The notes beneath the pieces were generated by a model. The model worked only from the letters and a program-made list of their open reading frames with translations, had not been told where the DNA came from and did not search any database. The translations under genes and the position numbers were made by a program. Positions 1 to 10,419 of a stretch of 64,000 nt of DNA are shown here, one piece after another. Position 1 is the stretch's first letter. Every line of letters starts with the position of its first letter. Source of the stretch: an uncultured bacterium (GTDB lineage: Bacteria > Actinomycetota > Actinomycetes > S36-B12); contig CAWBZB010000003.1 of NCBI GenBank assembly GCA_963793105.1, forward strand, positions 453,155-517,154, read 5' to 3'.

Positions 1-1761
1 GCTGAGGACGATGCCCCCGATCGCGGTCTGGAGAGCGATCCGCCGCAGGCGCCGCCCGATGTGCATGAGCTCATCGAGCCTCTCGAAGGAGGAATCCAGC
101 ACCACCGCATCCGCCGCCTCGGCCGTCACGTCGTTGTTCTTGCCGAAGGCGACGCCGACGGTCGCGGCGGTCATCGCCGGCGCGTCGTTGATGCCGTCTC
201 CGAGGAACACCGTGGCCGCCCGGGCCGTCTCGCTCCTGACGATCTCGAGCTTGCGCTCCGGGGAGACCTGCGCCAGCGCCTCGTCGAGCCCCACCCTCTC
301 CGCCAGGTAGTCCACCTCGCTCTGCCGGTCCCCCGACAGCAGGAGCGTGCGCACGACGTCGTGCCGACCTCCCAGGTGGGCGATGAACTCCCGGGCACCG
401 CTCCGCGGCTCGTCGCGGAACTGCAGCGTGCCGCCGTACTGTCCGTCGACGAGGACGACGCACTCCAGCCCTGCGCTCTCCTCCGGCAGCAACGCGACCA
501 GTTCTGGGCGGGTGCGCGCGAGTGCGGCCCGACCGGTCACCTGGACCTCGCGGCCGCCGGCGACCGCCTGCAGCCCCGATCCCGGCACCTCCGTCACGTG
601 GCTGACGGGCATGCGTTCTACGTCGCGGGTGGCCTCGATGACGGCGATCGCCAGCGGGTGCCTGCTGTACTGCTCCACCGAGGACACGAGGCCAAGGAGG
701 AGACCCTCCTCCACGCCCTCGGCGACGTAGACGCCCGCCAGCGTCGGCTTGCCGTAGGTCAGCGTCCCGGTCTTGTCGAAGATCATGGTGCGGGCGGTGC
801 TGATGCGCTCGAGCATCGACGGGTCCCGGATGATGATCCCGTAGCGCGCGGCCAGGGCGATCGCCCCGATGATGGCCACCGGGACCCCGATCAGCAACGG
901 GCACGGAGTGGCGATCACCAGGACGGCGAGGAACCGGTCGGGATCTCCGCTCACGGCCCAGCCCACGGACGCGAGCCCGAGGGCGACGAGCGTGTAGGCG
1001 ATGCCCAGCCGGTCGGCCAGTCGGCGCATGGGCGGCTGCTCGGACTCCGCCTTGGTCAGGACCCCGACGATCTGCGCGTACCGGCTGTCGGCCGCCGTTC
1101 GCTCCGCCCGGATCGACAGGGCCTGCAGGCTGTTGATGGCCCCGGACAGCACCTGCGATCCGGGCGTCTTGGGCACGACGTACGGCTCCCCGGTCAGGTA
1201 GGACTCGTCCATCGAGCCGTGCCCCTCGACGACGATCCCGTCGACCGGGCAGATCTCGTGCGGCAGCACGACGACGACCGCGCCGACCGGCACCTCGGCG
1301 ACGTCACGGTCAACCAGCTCGCCGTCGGCGGTGCGGACGTGCGCAATCGTGGGGCTGCGCCGGGCAAGCGCGTCCAGCACCGCGGACGCACGGGCCGAGG
1401 CGGCGTCCTCCAGGGCCTTCCCCCCGGAGACCATGAGCGCGATGACCGAGGCGACCAGCCATTCGCCGAGGATGGCCGCCGTGATCATGGCGAGCAGGCC
1501 GAGGACGTCGGCGCCCACGGTTCGCGTGACCAGGCCGCGGACTACCTCGATCGCCAGCGGAACGGCCACGACGACGCACATGACCATCAGCGGCAGATCG
1601 GCCCACCACTCCTCGAGACCGCCGATCCGCAATGCGCCCCAGAGGGCGATGGCGATCAGGGTGGCGATCGACACCCGACCCTGGGTGGAGGACGCCAGCG
1701 CGGCCACGTACAGGCGGACGCCGCTCGCGGGTGGATGCGCGTCCGGCAGGGCCGTCGTCAT
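1..1761 (-). CDS. Heavy-metal-translocating P1B-type ATPase (3' end outside window)
   Basis: Minus-strand frame from ATG 1761 (absent from the ORF track because there is no stop in the window) contains TGEP, VIATPCPLL (~890-920), FDKTGTLT (~757-780) and GDGINDA (~182-202). Confidence 0.9.
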   Translation of the reverse strand, partial: MTTALPDAHPPASGVRLYVAALASSTQGRVSIATLIAIALWGALRIGGLEEWWADLPLMVMCVVVAVPLAIEVVRGLVTRTVGADVLGLLAMITAAILGEWLVASVIALMVSGGKALEDAASARASAVLDALARRSPTIAHVRTADGELVDRDVAEVPVGAVVVVLPHEICPVDGIVVEGHGSMDESYLTGEPYVVPKTPGSQVLSGAINSLQALSIRAERTAADSRYAQIVGVLTKAESEQPPMRRLADRLGIAYTLVALGLASVGWAVSGDPDRFLAVLVIATPCPLLIGVPVAIIGAIALAARYGIIIRDPSMLERISTARTMIFDKTGTLTYGKPTLAGVYVAEGVEEGLLLGLVSSVEQYSRHPLAIAVIEATRDVERMPVSHVTEVPGSGLQAVAGGREVQVTGRAALARTRPELVALLPEESAGLECVVLVDGQYGGTLQFRDEPRSGAREFIAHLGGRHDVVRTLLLSGDRQSEVDYLAERVGLDEALAQVSPERKLEIVRSETARAATVFLGDGINDAPAMTAATVGVAFGKNNDVTAEAADAVVLDSSFERLDELMHIGRRLRRIALQTAIGGIVLS

Positions 1762-1792
1762 CACCCCCTCATCGCCTCGGGGCCCGTCTGGC

Positions 1793-2131
1793 TCAGGCGG
1801 GCGGTAGCACCTCGTCGAGGGTCGCGTGCAGCGGGATGACGGCGTCGAGCCCGGTGATGGTGAAGACCTTCATGACGCGGTGAGACGACACGACGACGTC
1901 GAGGGTGCCCTGCGACTCCCGGACGTGCTTCAGCGCCGTCACGAGCACGCCGAGCCCCGTCGAGTCGATGAAGCCCACGGCCGACAGGTCCACGATGATC
2001 GAGGTGCCCTGCCGCGTCGACAGCGGATCGAGTTCCGCTTGCAGGACGGGGGCCGAATGGACGTCCAGTTCACCGGTTCCGGTCACGACCCAGCGTTCGC
2101 CGAACTGGGCGGCCGTCACGGTGAAGTCCAC
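1793..2131 (-). CDS. bldG: STAS-domain anti-sigma factor antagonist (BldG/RsbV-like)
   Basis: GELDVHSAPVL...VDLSAVGFIDSTGLGVLV...VFTITGL; divergent from a DUF1998 helicase as at the Streptomyces bldG locus. Confidence 0.85.
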   Translation of the reverse strand: MDFTVTAAQFGERWVVTGTGELDVHSAPVLQAELDPLSTRQGTSIIVDLSAVGFIDSTGLGVLVTALKHVRESQGTLDVVVSSHRVMKVFTITGLDAVIPLHATLDEVLPPA

Positions 2132-2179
2132 CCGCCTACTGTGGCACAGGCCGTCACACGGCGGCCCCACAATGGGGTG

Positions 2180-4502
2180 ATGCGAGCCGAGGACGACACC
2201 CTGCTGAGGCGGCTCGCGCACGGCAGGGCTGACCGACTCGTGCACGTCCACGAGGTGTCGGCGCGCCACGCCCGCACGACCGACTGGCCCGCCTGGGTCC
2301 CGCCGGAGGTGCGGAGCGCCTACCAGTCCCAGGGCATCGATCGTCCGTGGCAGCATCAGGCCGCCGCCGCGCAGCTCGCTCACGAGCATCGGCACGTCGC
2401 CATCGCGACCGGCACGGCCTCGGGCAAGAGCCTCGCCTTCGGCATGCTCGCCCTGACTCGCATCGAGGCCGGGACGCACGCTCCGGACGGCCGAGGTGCC
2501 ACCGCCTTGTACCTGTCGCCCACGAAGGCGCTGGCCAACGACCAACTGCGCAGCCTGCAGGCGCTCGACCTGCCGTGGCTCCGCGCCGCCACCTACGACG
2601 GCGACACCCCGTCGGAGGAACGCGCCTGGGTCCGCCAGCACGCGAACTACGTCCTGACGAACCCCGACCTGCTCCATCACTCGCTGCTGCCCGGCCACTC
2701 GGCATGGTCGTCGTTCCTGCGCCGACTGCAGGTCATCGTGATCGACGAGGCGCACGCGTATCGCGGCGTGCTGGGAGCCCACGTGTCCCTCGTCGTGCGC
2801 CGGCTGCGGCGCATCGCCGCCCACTACGGCGCCGACCCCGTCATCGTGACGGCCTCGGCGACCCTCGCCGACGCGGCCGAGCACGCGTCACGCCTCATCG
2901 GATCGGCGGCCGACGCCATCACCGAGGACACCTCGCCCCACCCAGCGATGACCATCGCCTTCTGGGAGCCCCCGGTGCTCGAGGCTCCGCCGGACGATCG
3001 TGACCCGGTGCGGCGCAGCGCGCTCAGCGAGACGGCCGACCTCGTCGCCGACTGCGTCGTCGAGGGCCGCCAGACGCTGGCCTTCGTACGCAGCCGGCGC
3101 GGCGCGGAGACCACCGCGTCCCTCGTCCGCGACCACCTGCTCGACGTCGACCCGGCGCTGGCCGACGTGGCCGCCGCCTACCGCGGCGGGTACCTGCCCG
3201 AGGAGCGCCGGGCGCTGGAGGCCGGGCTGCGGGAGGGGCGCGTGCGGGCCCTCGCCACCACCAACGCACTCGAGATGGGCATCGACGTCAGCGGTCTCGA
3301 CGTCGTCATCACCGCAGGCTGGCCGGGAACGCGGGCGAGCCTGTGGCAGCAGTTCGGCCGGGCCGGCCGAGCCGGGTCGGCGGCCCTGGGCATCTTCGTC
3401 GCCCGGGACGACCCGCTGGACGCCTACCTCGTCCACCACCCGGACGTCGTCCTCGACCGGGACGTCGAGGCCAGCGTGTTCGATCCGGGGAACCGGTACG
3501 TCCTCGCCCCGCACCTGTGCGCCGCCGCCGCCGAGGTCCCGCTGGTCGAGGACGATCTCGATGCCTGGTTCGGCCCGACAGCGCGATCGGTCATCGACGA
3601 TGTCGTCGCCGACGGACTCCTGCGCAAGCGGCCGGGCGGGTGGTTCTGGACGCGCCGCGAGCGCGCCTCCGACCTGACCGACCTGCGCGGCAGCGGCGGC
3701 GCTGCGGTGCGCGTGGTGGAGGACGGCACCGGTCGACTGCTCGGCACCGTCGATCGAGCGGCCGCCCCGGCAACCGTGCACCCGGGCGCGGTGTACGTGC
3801 ATCAGGGCGTGACCCACGTCGTGACGGGTCTCGACCTCGACGACGCGGTCGCGACCGTGGTGGAGCAGGAGGTCGACTACTCCACGCAGGCCAGGAGCAT
3901 CAGCGACATCCGGATCGTCGGCGCCGACCAGTCGCGGGCCGACGGGCTCCTGCACCTCGGCCGGGTCGAGGTGACCTCGCAGGTGGTGTCCTTCCAGCGA
4001 CGACGACCGAACGGCGAGTCACTGGGAGAGGAGCTGCTGGACCTGCCCGTCGCAGCAGCTGAGCACGCAGTCGGTGTGGTGGACGCTCGCGGAGGAGTCG
4101 GTCGTCGGGGCGGGCATCGACCCGCAGGACATCCCGGGGGCCGCCCACGCGGCGGAGCATGCGTCCATCGGCCTGCTCCCCCTGTTCGCGACGTGCGATC
4201 GCTGGGACCTGGGCGGCGTCTCCACGGCCTGCCACCCGGACACCGGCCAGCCCACGGTGTTCGTCTACGACGGCTACCCGGGCGGGGCTGGCTTCGCCGA
4301 GCACGGCTTCCGGATCGCCGAGGACTGGCTGTCGGCGACCCGATCCACCATCGCCGACTGCCCGTGCGCGAGCGGCTGCCCGTCCTGCATCCAGTCCCCG
4401 AAGTGCGGCAACGGCAACAGCCCCCTGGACAAGGCGAGGGCCGTCACGCTCCTCGACCTCGTCCTCACGGAGATGGCTCGCCCGCTCGCGCTGAGGACCT
4501 GA
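2180..4502 (+). CDS. DEAD/DEAH-box helicase with C-terminal DUF1998 (Hrq1/MrfA/SftH-like); apparent +1 frameshift near 4047
   Basis: TGTASGKS, DEAH, SAT and QQFGRAGR in one frame; C-terminal HAAEH...CPCASGCPSCIQSPKC in the next frame; removing one C from CTGCCCGTCG joins them (LDLPSQQLSTQSVWW). Confidence 0.9.
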
Positions 4503-4836
4503 CATCCGCCGCCGGACGGCCCAGGAGCGCCAGCAGCCGGACCGTCGTCTCCGGCGCTGCCGAGCTGACCTCGATCACGACGTCCGTCCCCTCCTGGGCA
4601 CACGCGGTGAGGCTCATGCCGTTCGCCGCGGCCGTGCTCGCGGCCTTGGCGCACGGGTCGACGATCGCCTGCACTGCGGCCAGCGCCGCGAGGTCGGCGA
4701 CCGTCGCCGCCCGTTGCCGGGCCACCGCCTGGGCCGCCACTCCCGCGCACGCCAGGCCCACGAGCAGCAGCAGGCTGACCAGCGCAAGCGCCCACACGAT
4801 GGCCACGCCGCGATCGTCGCTCGCCTCCGCCGTCAC
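4465..4836 (-). CDS. Tad pilus pseudopilin, TadE/TadG-like (Rv3654c family)
   Basis: DRGVAIVWALALV prepilin-like N-terminus and ADLAALAA motif; GTG start overlaps the upstream TGA. Confidence 0.8.
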   Translation of the reverse strand: MTAEASDDRGVAIVWALALVSLLLLVGLACAGVAAQAVARQRAATVADLAALAAVQAIVDPCAKAASTAAANGMSLTACAQEGTDVVIEVSSAAPETTVRLLALLGRPAADVRSSARAGEPSP

Positions 4837-5186
4837 GGCCCCTCGTCCGACCACTCGCGCGGAATCGCGACCCGCTGGGTCAGGGTCACGGAGATCCCGC
4901 GCAGGAGGGGCACGGGCGCGCTCACCTGCTGGTCGGCCACCACGACGACCGACGCGCCGTCGTCCTCCACCCGGAGAACCGCGCCCGGCGCATGTGACCG
5001 AGCCGTGTCCAACGCCGCCCCCACCGTCACGCCCCTGGCGATCTCCCGCGCGGCGCCCCGGACCGCATCGCCGAGGACCATCGTCGTACCCGCCAGGGAG
5101 ACCGCCCATCCCAGGCACACGGCCACGGCGACCAGCACCGGGATGGCGAGGGCCGCCTCCAGCAGGACCGCACCACGGTCGCCCAC
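4833..5186 (-). CDS. TadE-family minor pilin
   Basis: DRGAVLLEAALAIPVL (G-x4-E prepilin motif) and ARxxARG-like motif; start could be further upstream (5291). Confidence 0.8.
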   Translation of the reverse strand: MGDRGAVLLEAALAIPVLVAVAVCLGWAVSLAGTTMVLGDAVRGAAREIARGVTVGAALDTARSHAPGAVLRVEDDGASVVVVADQQVSAPVPLLRGISVTLTQRVAIPREWSDEGP

Positions 5187-5291
5187 AGCGGCGGCCCGTC
5201 CAGCGAGGTGGCGCGGCGACCGCCGGTGGGTCGCCGCGCCACGCGTCGGCCGCTCCCCGTCCCGCGATCGCCGCCGAGCCATCCCTTCCAC

Positions 5292-5474
5292 CTAGCCGAA
5301 CAACGAGGAGAAGGCGTTCGACAGCACGCTCCACAGCAGATCGCGAACCTCCGTGCTGGTGAGGAGCTTGATCAGCACCCCGCCCAGCCCCGCGGCGGCG
5401 ACCGTGCCCACCGCGTACTCCGCCGTCGACAGGCCGTCCTCGTCTGTGAGGATCCGGGCCACAACCTTGTTCAT
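5292..5474 (-). CDS. Flp-type major pilin (DUF4244 family)
   Basis: DEDGLSTAEYAVGTVAAA Flp motif, 60 aa; GGGGAG RBS before ATG 5474. Confidence 0.85.
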   Translation of the reverse strand: MNKVVARILTDEDGLSTAEYAVGTVAAAGLGGVLIKLLTSTEVRDLLWSVLSNAFSSLFG

Positions 5475-5639
5475 GTTCTCCCCCTTCTGGCCGCCGCTGG
5501 CGACCGTGCCGACCGTCGGCACCGACGACTTCGCCGCCGTGTGCATCAGGGTGCTGCGGCGCATGGCGTGGGGGCAGGGGGCGGCACCGGGCTGGGGGCG
5601 GCGGACCGCCCGAACGACGACCTGTGGATGAGCACCCCC

Positions 5640-6293
5640 TCACCCCCCGAGCAGGCTGCCGGCGAGCGACGCCACCACCGGCACCACACCCAGGAGCAGG
5701 AAGGCCGGCAGGAAGCAGGCCGCCAGCGGCGCGACGGCTCGCACTCCGGCCGCGCGCGCCGCCACCTCGACCGCCGTCTGACGCTCGCGCCGGAGGTCTT
5801 CCGCGATGCGGGTGAGCACGGTCGCGAGCGGGGCGCCTGATTCCGCCGACCGGGTCACCGCCGCGCCCAGGGGCGCCAGCGCCGGGACCTGTGCCAGCGA
5901 TCGCCACGCGATGTCGGTGTCCGCACCCAGGTCGATCGCCGCCAGTACCGGGCGCAGCGCGCCACCCATCGGGTCGCCGACCGCGGACGCCACCGCACCG
6001 AGTGCCTCGCGAACTGTCGCCCCCGACGCGAGGGTCGCGGCCAGCAGGTCCGCGGTCAGGGGTGCCTGGCGCTCGAGCGCCTCGCGGGTGCGCCGAGCCC
6101 CGCGGGACTCCAGGTTCGTGGTCATCCTCGGCACCAGCACCGCGCATCCCACTGCGAGGAACACGCCCACGGCGCCGCCGACGAGGAGCCACACCCCCAT
6201 GCCCGCGAGCAGGCCGGCGCCCACCGCCAGGCGCGCTGACGTCCGAGGAGCGGCGACGACCGGCTCCGATGCGGAGTTGCGCGCCCCCGTCAC
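5640..6293 (-). CDS. Type II secretion system F-domain protein (TadC-like)
   Basis: ADLLAATLASGA, RSAESGAPLA, APLAACFLPAFLLLGVVP. Confidence 0.85.
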   Translation of the reverse strand: MTGARNSASEPVVAAPRTSARLAVGAGLLAGMGVWLLVGGAVGVFLAVGCAVLVPRMTTNLESRGARRTREALERQAPLTADLLAATLASGATVREALGAVASAVGDPMGGALRPVLAAIDLGADTDIAWRSLAQVPALAPLGAAVTRSAESGAPLATVLTRIAEDLRRERQTAVEVAARAAGVRAVAPLAACFLPAFLLLGVVPVVASLAGSLLGG

Positions 6294-6372
6294 CCGTGAG
6301 CAGTCGTCCTTCGACGGACGGCGATGCCGCGAACCAGGCCGCTACCGCCGCCAGCACGCGCGACGATCACGG

Positions 6373-7110
6373 TCACAGCAATCGCTCCACGCGGCGCGCG
6401 ATGCGGCCGGTCCACCAGGTTCCCGCCGCCGTCAGGAGCACCCCGGCCAGCAGGCACGCTCGTCCCGGCACCGTGAACAGCAACCACGCGAGCGGATCCG
6501 AACCGAGCATGATCCCGAACCCGATGCCGAGCGCGGGCAGCAACGCCAGCAGGCGGGCGGTCGCGCGCGGCCCCGCCAGCTGCCCCTCGAGGTCCACCCG
6601 CACGTCCTCCGCCGCTCGGGCAGTGGCGGCCAGTCGCGTGACCGAGGCCGCCAGCCCGCTCCCGGACTCCGCCCCCACCTGCCAGCACGCGGACAGGTGC
6701 GCGAGCACCGGGTCCCGCCCGGCGTCCACGGCCAGCGCCGCGGCGACATCGCCGCCGGCTCGCGCGGCGCCGGCGGCCGACGGCCACACGGAGGGCTCAC
6801 CCCCTACCCGTCCTAGCGCGGCGCGGGGCGACTGGCCCACCTCGAGCTCGGCGGCCAGCGCCCCCAGGGCCTGGATCACGCGCACGCGCTCGGTGGCCCG
6901 TCTTCGGCGAGAGGCCGGTCCGAGCCCCACGCCCGCGACCAGCCGCGCGGACAGGAGTCGTCGGTGTTCGCGGAGCCTCTCCCGTCCCCCCACCTCGGCT
7001 CGCGACAGCTCCGCACCCGGCGTTCCGGTTCTGGGGCCCAGGCCAGCCAGCCGCCGGCCGCGATCATCACGATCGCCACCACTGCCAGAGCACCCACCTT
7101 GGGCCCTCAC
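6373..7110 (-). CDS. Type II secretion system F-domain protein (TadB-like)
   Basis: LAAELEVGQSP, WQVGAESGSGLA, AGPRATARLLALLP; coupled to cpaF. Confidence 0.85.
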   Translation of the reverse strand: MRAQGGCSGSGGDRDDRGRRLAGLGPRTGTPGAELSRAEVGGRERLREHRRLLSARLVAGVGLGPASRRRRATERVRVIQALGALAAELEVGQSPRAALGRVGGEPSVWPSAAGAARAGGDVAAALAVDAGRDPVLAHLSACWQVGAESGSGLAASVTRLAATARAAEDVRVDLEGQLAGPRATARLLALLPALGIGFGIMLGSDPLAWLLFTVPGRACLLAGVLLTAAGTWWTGRIARRVERLL

Positions 7111-8252
7111 TTCCGTGCCAGCAGATCGACGAGTTGCGGCCCACCCTCGTCGGCTGCCAGCCGCGCCCCTCGACGGGTGAACGCAGGCACCGTGCTCACC
7201 AGCCCGCTGTCCCCCCGGGCCAGCACATGAACGCCCGACACCACCCGGCGACCCGTCTCGTCGCGTCCCAGATGCATCACGACGTCGACGGCGGCGGCCA
7301 CCAGCGCATGCACCGCCATCCGATCGAGACCGGCGGCAAGTCCGAGAGCCTCGAGCCGGGCCGGGACGTCGGCCGCCGAGTTGGCATGCACGGTGCCCAT
7401 CCCGCCTTCGTGACCGGTGTTCATCGCCGCCAGCAGGTCCACGACCTCGGCACCGCGCACCTCCCCGAGCACCAGCCGGTCCGGACGCATGCGCAGGGCC
7501 TGTCGAACCAGGTCTCGGAGGGTGACGACGCCGGCCCCCTCGATGTTGGGCGTGCGCGCCTGCATGCGAACCACGTGACGATGTCGCGGCAGCAACTCGG
7601 TGGAGTCCTCCACGATCACTATCCGCTCACGCTCGTCCACCAGGCCGAGCAGCGTCGACAGGACGGTCGTCTTGCCGCTGCCCGTGCCGCCACTGATCAG
7701 GATGGCCAGGCGGGCTTCGACCAGGGTCCTCAGCAGCGCGGCCCCCTCCCGGTCGACGGATCCGCGCGCGATCAGCTCCTCCAGGGTGAATGCCTCCCGT
7801 GGAGGGACGCGCAGCGAGATCAACGTGCCGTCCACGGCGACCGGGGGGATGACGCAGTGCAGCCGGACACCGTCTGGCAGTCGGGCATCCACGAACGGCG
7901 CCGCCTCGTCGAGCCGGCGCCCAGCCGAGGTGGCGAGCCGCTGCGCGAGCCGGCGAACGTCGGTCTCGGTGCGAAAACGGACGTCCGTGAGCATCAGGCC
8001 CTCACCGCAGTCCACCCACACCTGTGACGGGCCGTTCACGATGACGTCGGTGACGTCCCGTCGACGGAGCAGCGGATCCAGCGGCCCTGCCCCGACCAGT
8101 TCCTGGCGCAAGGTTCCGACGAGCTCGAGGATCGCCGCATCGCCGAGCACCAGGCCCTCAGCGCGCAGTGCGGCGGCCACCCGGGCCGGCGTCGCGTCGC
8201 CGTCGTGCGCGACGAGCCTCGCGCGGACGCGCTCGACGAGGGCCGCGCTCAC
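7107..8252 (-). CDS. cpaF: TadA/CpaF pilus assembly ATPase
   Basis: GGTGSGKTT Walker A, ALRMRPDRLVLGEVRG, MNTGHEG; GTG start at 8252. Confidence 0.92.
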   Translation of the reverse strand: MSAALVERVRARLVAHDGDATPARVAAALRAEGLVLGDAAILELVGTLRQELVGAGPLDPLLRRRDVTDVIVNGPSQVWVDCGEGLMLTDVRFRTETDVRRLAQRLATSAGRRLDEAAPFVDARLPDGVRLHCVIPPVAVDGTLISLRVPPREAFTLEELIARGSVDREGAALLRTLVEARLAILISGGTGSGKTTVLSTLLGLVDERERIVIVEDSTELLPRHRHVVRMQARTPNIEGAGVVTLRDLVRQALRMRPDRLVLGEVRGAEVVDLLAAMNTGHEGGMGTVHANSAADVPARLEALGLAAGLDRMAVHALVAAAVDVVMHLGRDETGRRVVSGVHVLARGDSGLVSTVPAFTRRGARLAADEGGPQLVDLLARK

Positions 8253-9321
8253 GCGACACCGCCGGGCTTCGACGACACGATCGGAACGACCGCGGCGCAG
8301 GCTCGCCCGTAGCCGTCCCGCAGCGAGGGTCGGTCGCCGTCGTCCGCCCGCGCGACCAGTGCGACGGAGTAGGGCAGCCTCGCCACGACGGGCAGGCGCA
8401 ACGCTGACAGCACCGCGTCCCCATGCACGCCCTTCGCGTCGCTCCGCAGCACCAGTTCGAGGGACGTGCAACGAGACTCGAGCTCGGCGGACAGTCGGGC
8501 CGCAGCGGCGCAGGCCCGAACATGGTTGGCGGTCACGATCAGGGTGCGGTCGGCGCGGGCCAGCACGAGCTCCGTCATCGCGCCGAGGACCCTCGGGAGG
8601 TCGACGATGACGAGGTCGTAGCCGCGCACGCCGGCGTCGAGGACCGATCCGACCACTTCGCGCCGGCACGCTCGTGGTCCCGTCCCGCCCCCACGACAGC
8701 ACCGAGACGCCGCTCGACCTGCGGCAGGGCCTGGTCGAGAGCAGGCGCGCCCAGTCGTCCTCGCGCGTCCACGAGGTCGGCCCAGCGGATCCCCGCTGCG
8801 TCCTCCACGCCCAGCAGCACGTCCAGCCCGCCGGCGAGCGGGTCGGCGTCGACGAGCAGCACCCGCAGGGACCGACCGGCAGCCGCCAGCGCAAGCGTCG
8901 CCGCGAACGTCGAGGCTCCCGCGCCGCCGCCGGACCCGACGACCGCGAGTACCGAACCGTCGCGGGCCAGGCCCTCGCTGCTGTCCGCGAGTCGATCGAT
9001 CAGCCACCGTTCGCCGTCCGGGAGGGCGACGACGTGCTCGGCCCCGAGGGCGACCGCCCGTTGCCAGTCCTCGGCAGCCGGCTCCCGGGACAGGAGCACG
9101 ACGTCCCGGCGTCGCCCGAGCCCGGCACGGGCCATCCCCTCAGCCTGGTCGGCGCCGATCATCACCAGGGGAGACGCCTGCCAGCGGCCGCGGGCGCCCT
9201 CGGCGTCGGTCGCCAGGTGAACGTCCACGCCGTTGGCGGCGGCCAGCCGCAGCACGTCGTCGATGAGGTCCCCGTCACCGCTCACCAGCAGCGGCCGCAC
9301 CCCGTTCAGTGAACCCGTCAC
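8249..9321 (-). CDS. ssd: Septum site-determining protein Ssd (CpaE/MinD-like); two apparent single-base insertions near 8715 and 8660
   Basis: GSGGGAGASTFA, LVDADPLAGGLD, GIRWADL; continues across three frames (LPQV / SGVSVLSWGRDGTTSVPA / EVVGSVLDAG...DLVIVDLPR). Confidence 0.85.
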
Positions 9322-9463
9322 GCCCGTCTTCCTCCCTCATCGCCCACGTCCGAGGACACCGTCCCGGCCGCCGGTGGCACGTCGCCATCGGCAGCCGCGA
9401 GCTGTGGACCGACGACCGCCCGTGGCAGGTCTGTGGATGGTCATCAACGGGTACCGTGAAGGC

Positions 9464-10306
9464 ATGACCGACGACGTCGCGCAGGACATCCCCGGAGAGG
9501 CCCTCGCCGGCGGTGCGCAGCCGCCGCACGCCGCCGCGTTCTTCGACCTCGACAAGACGATCCTGGCGAAGTCGAGTTCCTTCGCCTTCGCGCGGCCCTT
9601 CTACAAGGAGGGCTTGATCGGCCGTAGCGACGTGATCCGCAGCGCGTACGCCCAGTTCGTGTACCTGGCGTCGGGCGCGGACCACGACCAGATGGAGACC
9701 ATGCGCGAGTACATGTCCAAGCTGGTCACCGGCTGGGAGGTCGAGAAGGTCCAGGCAATCGTCGGCGAGACGCTCGACGACATCGTCGACCCGATGGTCT
9801 ACGAGGAGGCGGTGCTCCTCATCGCGGAGCACAAGGCGGCCGGCCGGGACGTCATCATCATCTCCTCGTCGGGAACGGACGTCGTCGAGCCGATCGGGCA
9901 GCGGCTGGGCGCCGACCTCGCGATCGGCACGCAGGTCAAGATCGAGGACGGCGAGTACACCGGCGAGATCCTCTTCTACGCCTACGGCGAGGGCAAGGCC
10001 GAGGCCATGCGCACGCTCGCCGAGGAGCGCGGCTACGACCTCGCCGACTCGTACGCCTACACCGACTCGCACACCGACCTGCCGATGCTCGAGGTTGTGG
10101 GCCACCCGGTGGCCGTCAACCCCGATTCCGAGCTGCGGAAGATCGCCGCGGAGCGAGGGTGGCCGATGAGCGACTTCGCCAAGCCGGTGGCGATGCGCGA
10201 GCAGGCGACGAAGCGACAGGCCCTTGCGGCGGGCGCGGGAGTGGCGTTGAGCGCCGTGGCCCTGGGCATCACCTGGTACGCGCGCCGACGCGGTCCCCGC
10301 CCCTGA
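9464..10306 (+). CDS. HAD-IB family hydrolase (Rv3661/SsgB-CicA-like)
   Basis: AAFFDLDKT motif I, AYTDSHTDLPML motif, C-terminal TM helix; TACCGT-N6-ATG leaderless-type start. Confidence 0.9.
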   Translation: MTDDVAQDIPGEALAGGAQPPHAAAFFDLDKTILAKSSSFAFARPFYKEGLIGRSDVIRSAYAQFVYLASGADHDQMETMREYMSKLVTGWEVEKVQAIVGETLDDIVDPMVYEEAVLLIAEHKAAGRDVIIISSSGTDVVEPIGQRLGADLAIGTQVKIEDGEYTGEILFYAYGEGKAEAMRTLAEERGYDLADSYAYTDSHTDLPMLEVVGHPVAVNPDSELRKIAAERGWPMSDFAKPVAMREQATKRQALAAGAGVALSAVALGITWYARRRGPRP

Positions 10307-10343
10307 CCGCCGACCCCCTGCGACCCGAACCGCCGACCCCGAA

Positions 10344-10410
10344 CCGCCGAGCCCTGCAGCAAGCCGCAACAAGAAGGACCGGTGGTCCCGACTGCTGCAG
10401 GGCTCGGCGG
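10344..10410. repeat. REP-like hairpin, family 1, copy A
   Basis: Perfect 18-bp inverted repeat CCGCCGAGCCCTGCAGCA / TGCTGCAGGGCTCGGCGG; shares sequence with 11410-11474. Confidence 0.85.
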
Positions 10411-10419
10411 AATCTCGGG

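Noticed and set aside
61-1839. 592-aa plus-strand ORF
   Set aside because: Antisense shadow of the minus-strand P-type ATPase; no recognisable motifs.
4040-4055. Programmed ribosomal frameshifting at the broken genes
   Set aside because: No shared slippery sequence across the six sites; sequencing error is more parsimonious.
1826-5362. 1178-aa helicase as a novel fusion protein
   Set aside because: Artefact of the frameshift at ~4047; the extra C-terminus is read-through antisense to the tad genes.
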